DNA of 63,943 nucleotides, filler included, from Octopus bimaculoides (taxonomy: Eukaryota), in the NCBI RefSeq assembly GCF_001194135.2. It is 5 parts of 5 records of this genome, joined end to end, with 100 filler letters (N's around TTAATTAATTAA, not from the genome) between each part and the next. Parts side by side here need not be neighbours in the genome. Positions count along the whole stretch, not along the records: positions 32,779 to 55,178 come from NC_068985.1; 4 more parts are not named here. One strand, written 5' to 3'. Position 1 is the stretch's first letter. Each line of letters opens with the position of its first letter. Made by a program: the position numbers and the translations under genes. The notes below the pieces were generated by a model. It was not told the DNA's origin. It was given only the letters and a program-made list of their open reading frames with translations, and did not search any database. This document shows, one piece after another, positions 39,044 through 52,531 of the stretch.

Positions 39044-39921
39044 CATAGTCTGATTAATAAGTATCCGGACTGTTGCCATAGTAACGAGGCTAAAACACGC
39101 AGAGTAACGCCACTTGGCACAGATTGATCTTGAACTCTGCTGTGTATGCGTACAAGGTTTTAACGTTCTAGCTCACTTCCGCTGGTTACAGTTGTACTTG
39201 GAAGGAAGGTGTGTAGCGTGTGATCGTCACATTGACCATGACAGAGAAAGTTGAGCAGAGAATCTGCATCAAATTTTGCCAAAAGCTTAGCGACACCTGC
39301 TCAGAGGCCTGCGCAAAGTTTTCAAACAGTTTTTATTGTTCTCGACACAATCAAGGAGATCTTGTGCAACTGAAACCCGAGTGGCATTTTAATCATCTGA
39401 AAGCAGTTTTGGCAGACACTCGTCTCATACCCAAATTTTCAGTGATAATGGACTGAATTGAGCCATAACTAATCTGCACATCCTCTGATAGCTCACGGAT
39501 GGTGATTCGACGATTTTATCTCACAACTGCACGCACATCTGCGATGTTTTTCTCAGTTTTGCTGGTTGAGGGTTCTCCCAGAATGTTCGCCAATATCGAC
39601 ATTTTATCGGCCATCTTGGAAACGCCTGAACCACTCGTACACTTGTGTGCTGATCATACACTCCTCTCCGTATACTTTTTGTAACTGTGTGTAGGCCTCT
39701 GAAGAGGTATCACTATGACAACGTTCTCTGTCTTGGTCAATGCGACGATCACACGTTACACACCTTCCTTCGAAGCATTGCTGTAAACAGCGGAAGTGAT
39801 CTAGAACGTTAAAACTTAGTGTGCAGAGTTCAAGGTCAATCTTTGCCCAGCAGCTTCACTCTGCATGCTTTAGCTTTATTACTATGGCAACAGTTCAGAT
39901 ACTTATTGATTAGACCATATG
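39044..39921. mobile_element. Complete non-autonomous mariner derivative with two 5' ends (long inverted arms), TA-flanked
   Basis: TA at 39042-43 and 39922-23. Arms 39044-39320 and ~39690-39921 are inverted. Minus strand encodes a broken HTH region (EAYTQLQKVYGEECM..QVYEWFRRFQDGR, RRITIRELSEDVQISYGSIQSII). No DDD domain. Confidence 0.92.
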
Positions 39922-40070
39922 TATGAATGATCAGACCATATGCATGATCAGACTTATTATTGATCATACTTATTATTGATCAGACCATATGTATGCATAC
40001 ATGTATGTATGTATGTATGTATGTATGTATGTATGTATGTATGTATGTATGTATGTATGGACATATGTAT

Positions 40071-40287
40071 ATACTTTTCTACTCCAGGCACAATGCCCGA
40101 AATTTTTGGAGAGGGGGCCAGTCGATTATATCGACCCCAGGATGCAACCGGTACTTAATTTATCGACCCAGAAAGGATGAACGGCAAAGTCGACCTCGGC
40201 AGAATTTGAACCCAGAACGTAAAGACAGACGAAATACCGCAAAGCATTTCGTCCGGCGTGCTAACGTTCCTGCCAGCTCGCCGCCTT
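40071..40287 (-). mobile_element. SINE-A, near full length
   Basis: Reverse-complement head, core and tail. Confidence 0.9.
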
Positions 40288-42833
40288 GTATATATGTATA
40301 TATATGCATATGAACTTTTTTGTTTGCGTGTGTGCCTTATACGTTTGTCCTGCATGTCTGTGACTAAATTTTATTTTGTAACCTTGTGTCTGTACAAGAA
40401 ACCAATGTTGTTGCTTTGTTCAACATCAGACTTAATCGAGAAAACCTATGATGGAAGATGCTGCAGCTACGATCATTCTGTTTAATCTTTCATGTATAAT
40501 ATATCTAATGCTACATTATCGAATGCCTTCTTTTTTGTTTAAGAAAGATATGAACTGAACAAGTTAGCTGTTATTTCGTGTAATAGGGTGCAGTCACGTA
40601 GAGACTCTTTATTGTTTTGTAGAAAATAAAAACGAAGCTACTTGAAGGACGAGGTTTACTTTTAGTAATCATGCTTCTAATGACTTCAATAAACAGCACA
40701 CAACATCCCATTCCACCGTACCGTACAATCAGTAAGGAACCCTGTACCTTTATAACAAACAAATCAGCAATTTTGGAGGTTGCTATTGATTTCGTCTTTG
40801 ATAAAAATGAATTATAAAACTTTAACAAAAATATAACAATGAAGAAACAAATAGACCGAAAGAAATATTCATTATGTTACTGCAGTTAAATCATCTTTCA
40901 CAAGACAATATTATGAACAATGATAACATCTGTAAGCAGAATATTATCTATAATTATATCTATAATAATATCGCATAGGAGAAATCATTATAAGCTCATA
41001 TTTGATACAATCTGCAAAGAAATAAAAATCCTTTCCAAGATATATGTTCAGAATCGTAACTTCTGTGAAAATATCGACTCTAAATCATATTTACTAGCTG
41101 AATTTGTGTAAATTCCACGTTTATAAATGTCCGATACTGGGCACAGTGACAACTTTAGCACAACCAGTGGATTCCAGCCGTGCAATGCAAAGCTTATATA
41201 CATGTGTGTGTATGAGTATACATACATATATATATATATATATANNNNNNNNNNNNNNNNNNNNNNNNNNNNNNNNNNNNNNNNNNNNNNNNNNNNNNNN
41301 NNNNNNNNNNNNNNNNNNNNNNNNNNNNNNNNNNNNNNNNNNNNNNNNNNNNNNNNNNNNNNNNNNNNNNNNNNNNNNNNNNNNNNNNNNNNNNNNNNNN
41401 NNNNNNNNNNNNNNNNNNNNNNNNNNNNNNNNNNNNNNNNNNNNNNNNNNNNNNNNNNNNNNNNNNNNNNNNNNNNNNNNNNNNNNNNNNNNNNNNNNNN
41501 NNNNNNNNNNNNNNNNNNNNNNNNNNNNNNNNNNNNNNGAGAGACAGTTCAGGTAATATTCCATCTGATGACGTAATGCAATATGTACATTCAATTAGTC
41601 CACAAATTCACTTATTACCTAAAACTCCGACTTGAACTGCGACTAAAAAAAAAAAAAAGCAATCATGTTGTAGCTGCCTAGCAATGAATGGCTACAGCCT
41701 GTTTATCAAGGAGCAGGTACATCTACAGTAGAATGAAAGTATGAACAGGCAAACAACTTGTATCGATTTAGATTATGATATTAATATTTTTAAACATAAT
41801 TATTGAATTGTTGAAAAGGAACTAAGAAGGTGAGCGGATAGTCTCTTACAGCTGTTTCGAAAATAGATGCGCATTTCCATGCAAGCAAAAATAAGCTATC
41901 CATATAATAGCAGTCTGTTTCATCTTCGGAAAGAAAATGAGGTAGATGTTCAGCAGAGGATTTTAGTGGCGATCAGGTCCATCGTCGGGAAAAGAATGAG
42001 GTAGATCATTAATGGATGGCTTAGGTCTACTAGTAGAACAAATAAAACGGAAGAACACTCAAACAATTTAGTTGGAGTTCATATTTATGTGTACACACAC
42101 ACCACGCACATATACGTATATATATATACGCACATATATATCAATACACACACACACACACTCACACATGCATAAATATCCATATACACACACACATATA
42201 TATCTATATATATATAGAGAGAGAATATTAAAAATAAAAGATTACTCTTTCTTTTTACTTATATATGTACACGCACACATACATATATATATATATATAC
42301 ATTATATATGTACACACACACACACACATATATNNNNNNNNNNNNNNNNNNNNNNNNNNNNNNNNNNNNNNNNNNNNNNNNNNNNNNNNNNNNNNNNNNN
42401 NNNNNNNNNNNNNNNNNNNNNNNNNNNNNNNNNNNNNNNNNNNNNNNNNNNNNNNNNNNNNNNNNNNNNNNNNNNNNNNNNNNNNNNNNNNNNNNNNNNN
42501 NNNNNNNNNNNNNNNNNNNNNNNNNNNNNNNNNNNNNNNNNNNNNNNNNNNNNNNNNNNNNNNNNNNNNNNNNNNNNNNNNNNNNNNNNNNNNNNNNNNN
42601 NNNNNNNNNNNNNNNNNNNNNNNNNNNNNNNNNNNNNNNNNNNNNNNNNNNNNNNNNNNNNNNNNNNNNNNNNNNNNNNNNNNNNNNNNNNNNNNNNNNN
42701 NNNNNNNNNNNNNNNNNNNNNNNNNNNNNNNNNNNNNNNNNNNNNNNNNNNNNNNNNNNNNNNNNNNNNNNNNNNNNNNNNNNNNNNNNNNNNNNNNNNN
42801 NNNNNNNNNNNNNNNNNNNNNNNNNNNNNNNNN

Positions 42834-43103
42834 TAGATGGAAACTGAAAGAAGCCCGTCGTATATATGTATATATATATGTATGTGCGTGTATATGTTTG
42901 TGTGTCTGTGTTTGTCCCCCCAACATCGCTTGACAACCGATGCTGGTGTGTTTATGTTCCCGTAACTTAGCGGTTCGGCAAAAAAGAGACCGATAGAATA
43001 AGTACTAGGCTTACAAAGAATAAGTCCTGGGGGCGATTTGCTCGACTAAAGGCGGTGCTCCAGCATGGCCGCAGTCAAATGACTGAAACAAGTAAAATAG
43101 ATA
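42834..43103 (+). mobile_element. SINE-C 3' two-thirds (head in gap)
   Basis: ggaaactgaaagaagcccgtcg-(microsatellite)-...gcagtcaaatgactgaaacaagtaaaa. Confidence 0.9.
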
Positions 43104-43598
43104 ATATTATTGAATTTTCATTGCTCCTTATCAATTTCGGTATTTTCTAAACATTTTAAATATTTCTTATTAAAAAGAGTTAACGACACAGAATAACGAA
43201 AGAATTACTGTTCTAAATCATGATTTTTTCTTTTTGATAAATTATGCTCTTTAGTATTATTTTAGAAATATATATGATAGATTACAGTAAGTTCATGGCC
43301 ATCAATTCATCGCAACAAAGAAAGTTCACCGCGAGAAAAGTTTACTGAGAAAAATAGTCATAATATCTCATCATTAATAGTTAAAAAGTATTTTATTGAA
43401 CCGAAAAAAGAAATTAGAACTGTGAATTGATCACGTTGAGCTTTCTCTTCAGTGAATTGATGACGCTGAACTTAACCGGACATGTACATGATATGCGGTC
43501 GATAAATTATCAAACATTCCAAGAAGAGATCAATGGTATATGAAGTTAACCGATCCCGGAATTTGGTTCACCCTGGGTGAGCGGATGTAGTTGTTCCA

Positions 43599-43668
<70 letters not shown>

Positions 43669-43684
43669 GTTAGCTAGCTAGGTG

Positions 43685-43730
<46 letters not shown>

Positions 43731-44187
43731 AATATCTGTCTAAATACGACAAATTTGTGTTCTGTGTACCAGTATTCTGTATACTTTACTCAGAGTAGGG
43801 GCGGTCAAAGTGACCAGCATTGATCCTTGTGGGTCTAAATAGCTCTCCAAGAGGTCAATAAACACCTGAAATGATTTTGAGTGCTAAAGATACTGAATTA
43901 TCAGCGAACTTAATTTTGAGCCTGAAGCAGCAAAAAAAAAAAAAAAAAAAAAGTTACTTTATGGACCGGAACGATTCCACGCTGGTGTTTTCGACTTTTC
44001 AGCGATGCATTGTCCAAATGCTCGGAACAGTCAATGAACTAGAAAGTGTGTAGAATTGTTAGGGCGTCAGAAAAACGTTTTGCAGTATTTTCTCCCGCCG
44101 AGCTCTTTGTCTGTCTCTTTGTCTGTCTGTCTTTGTACCAATCCAATCCAATCCAATCCAATCCAGTTCATCCATCCATCCATCCAT

Positions 44188-44223
<36 letters not shown>

Positions 44224-44240
44224 CCATCCATCCATCCATA

Positions 44241-44312
<72 letters not shown>

Positions 44313-45031
44313 CATCTATCTATCTATCTGCATATAATAAATCGTTCTTTGTTTTCAACTATAACGTTTTTCTCATCTGCATCTGTCATAACCACAGCTC
44401 TTCTACTTTTCCGAAGTCCATTACCAGTTCGGTAATGGACATATTGGGCTTAGCTATACACCCACAACCTAACATCTGTACAAGAAGCACCACACACCAA
44501 CCATCTCTGTGGCTTACACGAATGTCTTATGTCCTTCATATCTTATTTAGGCTCTTTCCTTTTATGCACTCACACATATTTGTTTTTTTCCACGACAACA
44601 ACCAGAACTTATTTGGCAGGTCAGACCATGTGATAATGTAAGAGCGCATTCTTTTGAAACACACACACGCACACAAATTCACGCGTGTGTGTAAGCATGC
44701 TTCCTTGACCTGAAGTACAGTCTGTGTCTGGGATTTGGGATCTCGGTCTTGGCGCACCGGTGAATGACGTCTTTAACATGACAGAGGAAGAGAATGCAAA
44801 AGGTGGTCATGCTGGATATGTGTAACGATACATACATACATACATACATACATTTATATATGCCTATATGTATACATATATATGTATGTATATACTTATT
44901 TATTTATTTATAAATGGGTTTCAGCCAAGCGGCTGTGGTCATGCTGGAGCACCACCGTGACTTTCCGTCTTTATGCTGTGCTCTCTTCACGTTCCTTGCA
45001 TGGCTCTTCTCCTCCACCTGATATAGTCCAA

Positions 45032-45250
45032 TCAAGAGTTTTGATGGCACATCTGGTGTATAAGAGAATTTGACATCGCTGCCCTAAACTGTGTCTCATT
45101 TCGAGCCATTGGTTCGTCTGGTATCGTGGAGAGGAAAGTATCGAGTTTTGTCTTGAAGACCTCTATATCCATGTCTTGCAGGTCTCTCAAATGTTTTGGC
45201 AGGGCATTAAAGAGCTGAGGTCGTCTGAAACCGAGGCTGTTGCAGTACGT
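45032..45250 (-). mobile_element. CR1-group-like LINE ORF2 C-terminus
   Basis: [46 protein letters not shown]...RAAMSNSLIHQ*, a typical LINE ORF2 end (FNxLP...FKxxLD). Confidence 0.8.
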
Positions 45251-45267
45251 ACATATATATAAACACA

Positions 45268-45307
<40 letters not shown>

Positions 45308-45805
45308 TGTATATATATATATGTGTGTATGCACATACGTATATGTATGTATGTACATAAGTGAATGTATGTTTATATATATATATATATATGTTTATAT
45401 ATGTAAATATATGTAAATATATACGGGCATGTACAGAAATACACACACACACACACACACACACATACGCACACGTCGTGAAAAGAATGACAAAAAAGAA
45501 TGACAAACAAACATAAATAATATAATAAAAAATAAATAAATAAATAAACGGAAAATATTTGTCGGAAAAGGCATAAAAGTCATTAGGAAGGAAAGAGAGA
45601 AATGGAAAATGTCGCAGAGAGGAATTGTGATTATGAGCACCGACTAAAAGATACAATAATGGTTACGAGATACGAGAGAATCCTTCGTTTTTCTAGCTTG
45701 CATTTTATATATATTTATATTATTATTTTTTTTTGCTTCTTTTCCTATTTTTTGTCTTCTCTCTCTCTCTCACTCCCTCTCTCTCTCGCCCTCTCTTTAA
45801 CCCTA

Positions 45806-45848
<43 letters not shown>

Positions 45849-46039
45849 CCTGTTTCTCTCTGTTTTTCTTTTCCGTATTTTTTTGTTTTTTTTTTGTTTG
45901 TTTTTGTCTTTCATTCATTCGCTCGTTCGTCGATATATCCTCCTCATCTCTCTTTCTCTTCCTCGGTTTTCTTGACTTTTAAAACCAGGCAGTAACAGCT
46001 TGTCTATTTATCAGCCCGGAATTATTGCAGAGGTAGCAA

Positions 46040-46098
46040 CAGCAGTAATACCAAATAGCAGCAGCAGCGGCAGCAGCGGAGACGGTGGTAGCAACACA

Positions 46099-46129
<31 letters not shown>

Positions 46130-46394
46130 GAAGCAATTTGTACAGCTGCAGCAGTAACAACAGCACTAGCAGAAAACATCAGTAGCCGTTATTCTGGCCG
46201 CAGCATTCTCCTCAGCACCAGTAGCAATTGGATGACAAAAATATCATCATCATCAACAACAACAACAGCATCATCATCAACATCATCATCATCATCGTTA
46301 TTGTCGTTCGTCATCATCATCACTATCGCCAGCATCGTCAACGTCGTTGTCATCATCACCATCATCATCATCATCACCATCATCATCATCATCG

Positions 46395-46432
<38 letters not shown>

Positions 46433-46502
46433 GTCATCATCCTCACCCTCATCACCACCACCACTATCATCATCATCATCATCATCATCATCATCGTCAT
46501 CG

Positions 46503-46542
<40 letters not shown>

Positions 46543-46722
46543 AAATGGAGTGCAGCAAGCAAACAAACAAGAAGAATAACAATAAGAAGAAAAAAAAAAT
46601 CACTCTTTCACTTGATAACACAACAGCGAACAGTTTGCAACAGCAGCAGCAACGAACAGCAGCAATTTCTACAGCTGCAGCAGTAGCAACAGCATTTGCA
46701 AACAGAACCACCCTGCCATGGC

Positions 46723-46774
<52 letters not shown>

Positions 46775-46802
46775 TAATAATAATAATAATAAGAATAATA
46801 AC

Positions 46803-46836
<34 letters not shown>

Positions 46837-47094
46837 GTAATAATAATAATAACAACAACAACAACAATAATAATAATAATCATAATCCTTTTTACTATAG
46901 GCACAAGCCCTGAAATATGTGGGGTGGGGGTAAAATGACCCCCAGTACTTGATTGGTAGTTAATTTATCGACCCCGAAAGGATGACAGGCAAAGTCGACC
47001 TTGTCGGAATTTGAACTCAGAACGTGATAACGGACGAAATACCGCTAAGGATTTCGCCCGGCGTGCTAACGATTCTGCCAGCTCGCCGCCTTAT

Positions 47095-47131
<37 letters not shown>

Positions 47132-47211
47132 CAACAACAACAATAATAATAATGATATAACAATTATGATTGTCGTCATCATTATTATATCCAGGCTTGT
47201 CGTCATAGTCG

Positions 47212-47249
<38 letters not shown>

Positions 47250-47926
47250 GTCATCATCGTCATCGTCATCATCATCATTATATTCGTCGACAGCATCGCC
47301 GTCGTCGTAGTTGTGGCATTGTCATTTTCATCGTCGCGCTGTCGTCCTTACGATTATGGTGAGCAACAGAATTTGCAGCTGCAACAGCGACAACAGCAAC
47401 TGTGCAGATCACAACACAACTGCAGCGACAGCAGCAGTAGCAGTAGCAGCAGAAACAGCAGCAGCAGCAGCAGCAACAACAACAACAACACGTTAACACG
47501 GGAGTCGTTAAGTGGTCGCTTAATATACAAGAAATAACAGCCAAATCTCATTGAAATCTTACTCCACCATCTTGCAAACGAGGAAACGCGTTGGACAACT
47601 ACATTATATGACGAGGTGGTCATGGCTGGAATGCCGTAATTATTTGGTTTCTTTGCCCATGGTTAACTTGGGGGCCACAGAACAACAGCACCAGTATCAT
47701 AGCAAACAACAAATGCGATCGTTCTCTGCAGTGGTTGCAACAGCGATAGTAACACCAGCGTCGGCAGCGGCAGCACCAGAATCAACAGCAACAGTCACAG
47801 TTATTCTTCGAGCAGCAACAGCAGCAGCAATAATAACACGAATGATATATAACAACAGTTTGACAAAAGAAAAAACAAAAAAATTCTTCGCGACAAGAAG
47901 ACGTCTAGCAACGATTTGCAACAAAG

Positions 47927-47957
<31 letters not shown>

Positions 47958-48194
47958 AAGCGATAGTAACAGCAATAGCATCATCATCATCAGCAGCATC
48001 AGCAGCAGCTTCGCAACTGTGGGCGCAGCAACATCACTAATGTTACAACAACAACAAGAACAAGAACAACAACAACGACGACGATGATCCTAGCGACAAC
48101 AACAATACCAAACAACCACGAAGACGTAGTAACGGCATCTTTCACGCAACATCAGAAGCAGCGACTCCAATAGCAACAACAGTAACAACAACAA

Positions 48195-48225
<31 letters not shown>

Positions 48226-48655
48226 AGCAGCAGGAACAGCAACAACAAGAACAACAAAGATAATGACAACGAGGACAGTACCAATACAAGTCACGCATTA
48301 TCATCGTAACCATCACCATCACCATCATCAGCATCATCATCATCAATATCATCAACTACATGGACAAGAACAGCAAGGCGGAGGGAACTTCTACGTGGTC
48401 ACTTTTGATATGCTAGAAATAGCAGTCAAATTGCCCTTTAGATTTCGGCAAGCTGTTTTAAAATAAAAAGGAAAAGAGTGTTGGATAAATTGTGTCTCTG
48501 ATGCACTGTACCTGCATTACCTTTATTCGTATGTCTGCTCGGTCAGGACTGACCTGGGGCTAAATAGCAGCTATTATCAGCCTGCAACACCACTGCCACC
48601 GTCACCACTAAACTCCTCCTCCTTATCGCCGTCGTCGTCGTCGTCGTCGTCGTCG

Positions 48656-48721
<66 letters not shown>

Positions 48722-49476
48722 GCTGTAACATTTACCACAAAACAAGAGCTATACACCACCACCACCACCACCACCACAACCACCATAACCAGCGTCATCG
48801 TCATCAACATCGCCATCATCATCATCGTCATCATCATCATCATCATCATCATCATTGCAATAACCAGCAAGAACAATAGTGATGACAACGGCATCGGAAC
48901 CGACGACGACGACGACGACGGCGAACACGACATGCGTGAGGTGACAAGGAAGCCTCTTACATGGTCGTTTGACCTGCTAGAAGAAGTAGTAGCTATTCTG
49001 CCTCAAACCTCTATCTCGCGGTTCCATTTTTATGCCTTTATTTTTAAGACACATTGCAAAATGTAGTCACACACCTGGAAACTACTACACCACCAGAAAA
49101 ATCGACGGGATGGCCATTTGGTGAAACACCGTTGATCATGGGTTTGTTCAGTTAGAGATAACCTGACCTAGGGCTGAACAGCAACGACAACAACAACAAG
49201 AACATTTGCAATAACAACGACGCCCGTGATAATAGCTATTTCCAGAAATAGCTGTGGAATCTCCCTTGAAATCATACTCCATTGCGTTGAAATAAAAAGG
49301 GCACATTGGATAAATTTAGTCCAAGCTAGACAATGCTTTAGAATAAATTGTCATCGCCTTGGTTAGAACGCTTGCTCCATCAGGGCTGACCTGGACGGTG
49401 GAGACAGGGTTAAATAACAATAACAGCAATAAAACGGTAGCAACAGCAGCAGCAGCAGTTGCAGCAGCAACAATAG

Positions 49477-49519
<43 letters not shown>

Positions 49520-49520
49520 C
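46040..49520. repeat. Compound trinucleotide microsatellite field (CAG/CAA/CAT/AAT/CGT)
   Basis: Direct reading. Interleaved with retro-tail units and a SINE-A. Confidence 0.92.
46881..47092 (-). mobile_element. SINE-A, near full length, inside an AAT/AAC tract
   Basis: Reverse-complement head/core/tail. Confidence 0.9.
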
Positions 49521-50045
49521 AAGGGAGCTACTATATGGTCGCTTGAGTTGCTAGAAATAACAGTAAATTTCCCTTAAATCTCACGGCTGCCATCTTTCGA
49601 AATGCAAGGACACGTTTTCGTAATATGGTCCTCCTGGGTCTCCGGCATAAATGAATATAAAATAGTGTGGTCACGGTTGGAGCGCAAATGATTTTTGTCA
49701 GGGATGACTTAAGATAAGAAACAAACAACAAGAACAACAACCACAGCAACACCAATAGCAGCAGCAGCTGACGAGATGGCTTCAATGAGGTTACTCGTTC
49801 TGCTAGAAAAAACAGTCAAATATCCTTATGAACGACGCTGTTACTATCTTAAAAGAAAGACAGGATACAGAGATCAATGTGATCTATATGCAAAAACAAA
49901 CAAACAAACAAACAAAAAATCCCACAAAAAACAAAAGGAAAAACAACGAAAGAAAGGAAAGGAAAAGAGAGAAATGATCTAGATGGTCAAGGCGGGACTG
50001 TCTTTGATAATAGTTTTGTTCGGTCTTGGCTAACCTGGGGCTAAA
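47498..50045 (+). mobile_element. Six co-oriented ~200-bp retroelement 3'-tail units (U), mostly ending in CAA/CAG tracts
   Basis: Units at ~47498, 48378, 48945, 49225, 49520 and 49770 share tggtc...gctagaaatagcag.caaat.tccct..aaatc and end in ...tgacctggggctaaa. Another copy is on the minus strand at 56955-57150. Confidence 0.7.
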
Positions 50046-50296
50046 CATCTTGCAGTATGTATGTATGTATGTATGTATGTATGTATGTATGTATGTATGT
50101 GTGTATGTGAGTGCGCGTGCGTGTTAGTTCCTTCGTAGCATCTGTCCTTGAAGTCGATGACGAGCCAGACATGTGACCCGGCTTCAAACAGACCACATGA
50201 CATTTTATTTATTTATTTATTTATTTATCTATTCGTTTATTTATTTAATGGCTGTAGCTTGCGACAATGCCTCTATTTGCATGCGTGTGTGTGTGC

Positions 50297-50345
<49 letters not shown>

Positions 50346-50996
50346 CTTGTGTGTGTGTGTTTGTGTGTATATACGTGTGTACGTGTGTATGTATTTGCGG
50401 CAACGAGCGTCTCTGAGTGTTTGTGTGTTTGCGTGCGGTTATGTGTTTCTGTGATAATAATATATGTTTGCGTATGTGCACGTTTGTGCATGCGTGTGTA
50501 ACTGCATATGTGTGTGTGTAAGTGCTTGCATGTCCGTTGCATGCACGTGTACCTATTTGTGTTAGTATGCGTGTGTGTGTGAGTTTGTTTTCGTGTGTTT
50601 GTGCGCTTCCGTTTGTCTGTGCATTCGTGCATTTGCATCCGTGTTTGCGTATCTCTGTCGTCGGAGTATATTTGTGCCATTGCGCATGTGCACGTTTGTG
50701 TGTGTATCTAGTCTGCTTTTTTTTTTGTTGCTGTTGTTTAACACCAAGTCCCAAGCTGATCTATGATCGAATGTGTTTCAACCGTGACCACCATGTCTAG
50801 CGTTTCTTTTCCAGCCATATCTCGCTCAGCATATCTCAGTCTACATTATGCAATACTTTTACTTCCCTATCGAAGGTGATATGGTGTGAGATGAGGGAGA
50901 TTTCACTGCACCTTTTAGCTGGTCGGGCGACCATGTTGAAGCTTCAAGCATTGACTCCTGTGCTTGGGTGTTTTGGTACATTTGTGCAGATATATG

Positions 50997-51072
50997 CGCA
51001 AGCGCGGCTGTGTGGTAAGAAGCTTGCTTCCCAACCAAATGGTTGGGTTGTGGGTTCAGTCCCACTGCGTGG
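50997..51072 (+). mobile_element. SINE-C head (runs into gap)
   Basis: ggctgtgtggtaagaagcttgcttcccaacc...gggttcagtcccactgcgtgg. Confidence 0.8.
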
Positions 51073-51525
51073 NNNNNNNNNNNNNNNNNNNNNNNNNNNN
51101 NNNNNNNNNNNNNNNNNNNNNNNNNNNNNNNNNNNNNNNNNNNNNNNNNNNNNNNNNNNNNNNNNNNNNNNNNNNNNNNNNNNNNNNNNNNNNNNNNNNN
51201 NNNNNNNNNNNNNNNNNNNNNNNNNNNNNNNNNNNNNNNNNNNNNNNNNNNNNNNNNNNNNNNNNNNNNNNNNNNNNNNNNNNNNNNNNNNNNNNNNNNN
51301 NNNNNNNNNNNNNNNNNNNNNNNNNNNNNNNNNNNNNNNNNNNNNNNNNNNNNNNNNNNNNNNNNNNNNNNNNNNNNNNNNNNNNNNNNNNNNNNNNNNN
51401 NNNNNNNNNNNNNNNNNNNNNNNNNNNNNNNNNNNNNNNNNNNNNNNNNNNNNNNNNTAAATGAATAAAAGGATAAAAGAATATACTTGCTGGTTTGTTG
51501 TTGCTGTTGACGTTGTTGTCATTGT

Positions 51526-51561
<36 letters not shown>

Positions 51562-52531
51562 AGTGTGTGTGTATGTGTGTGTGTGCGTGCGTGCGTGCGT
51601 GTATGTGTATGTGTGTGTGTGTATGTGTGTTTGTGTGTGTGTGTGACTGTGAGAGGGTGTGTATGCCTGCTTATCTATAGATTGCTTTCGATGTTTTCTC
51701 TCAAATGATAGATCGATGCCAAATTGAAAAGTTGTTAGCATCGTTTAGCCCTAAATCAGCTCTGAATGAATAAGTAAATGATTAGGGCTTTCCAGCCATG
51801 ATCACCTCGTCTATAATTTTGCTTTTTGCACAGTGTGTCTAGAACCTTAAGACAGTGGAGTACAATTTAAAGGAGATATCACAACCATTTTTTGCATGTC
51901 GAGTAACTACTTAGAGGCTCCCAAAATATATCCACAATAGTCACTACTCCCTAGACATTGCTTGTCACTAATGCATCACTCATTATTTGTCACTCATCAC
52001 TCATCATCAGTCACTAGACACTTCTAACCACTTGTCACCGATCCCTTATCTCTTGTCACTTCATGACAGTTATCTCACATTATTTACCAGTAGTTCTCCC
52101 ATATGAAGCAGCATATCTATCTCTACTTATCACTCATTATTCTTCACTTCGTCATTAGTCATTTGTCACACGCCGTTTTCTGTGACTATTTGTCACAGAT
52201 TACTCAATAATCGTCGCTAGTGCATCGCCACTAGCCAACAGCCAATAGTTTGTTGCCAATAGTCGCTAAAATAGTCACCATTTGTGACTCAATAACTCAC
52301 TACTCTCAGCTTGGTCACAGTCACATACCAATTATCAAATTTTAACTGCTAATCTTCAATCATTACTTGTTATGCATTCTACGCCACCCATTGTTCATCA
52401 GTCGCCAATGGTTAGTTATAGATTATCACTCACTTTTCAGATGTTAATGCCTATCAATCGCCACAGATCATTCGACAGACACAGCTTTTTATATGGCGTG
52501 CTTTTGTCTGATAATTGTCACACTACCAGAC

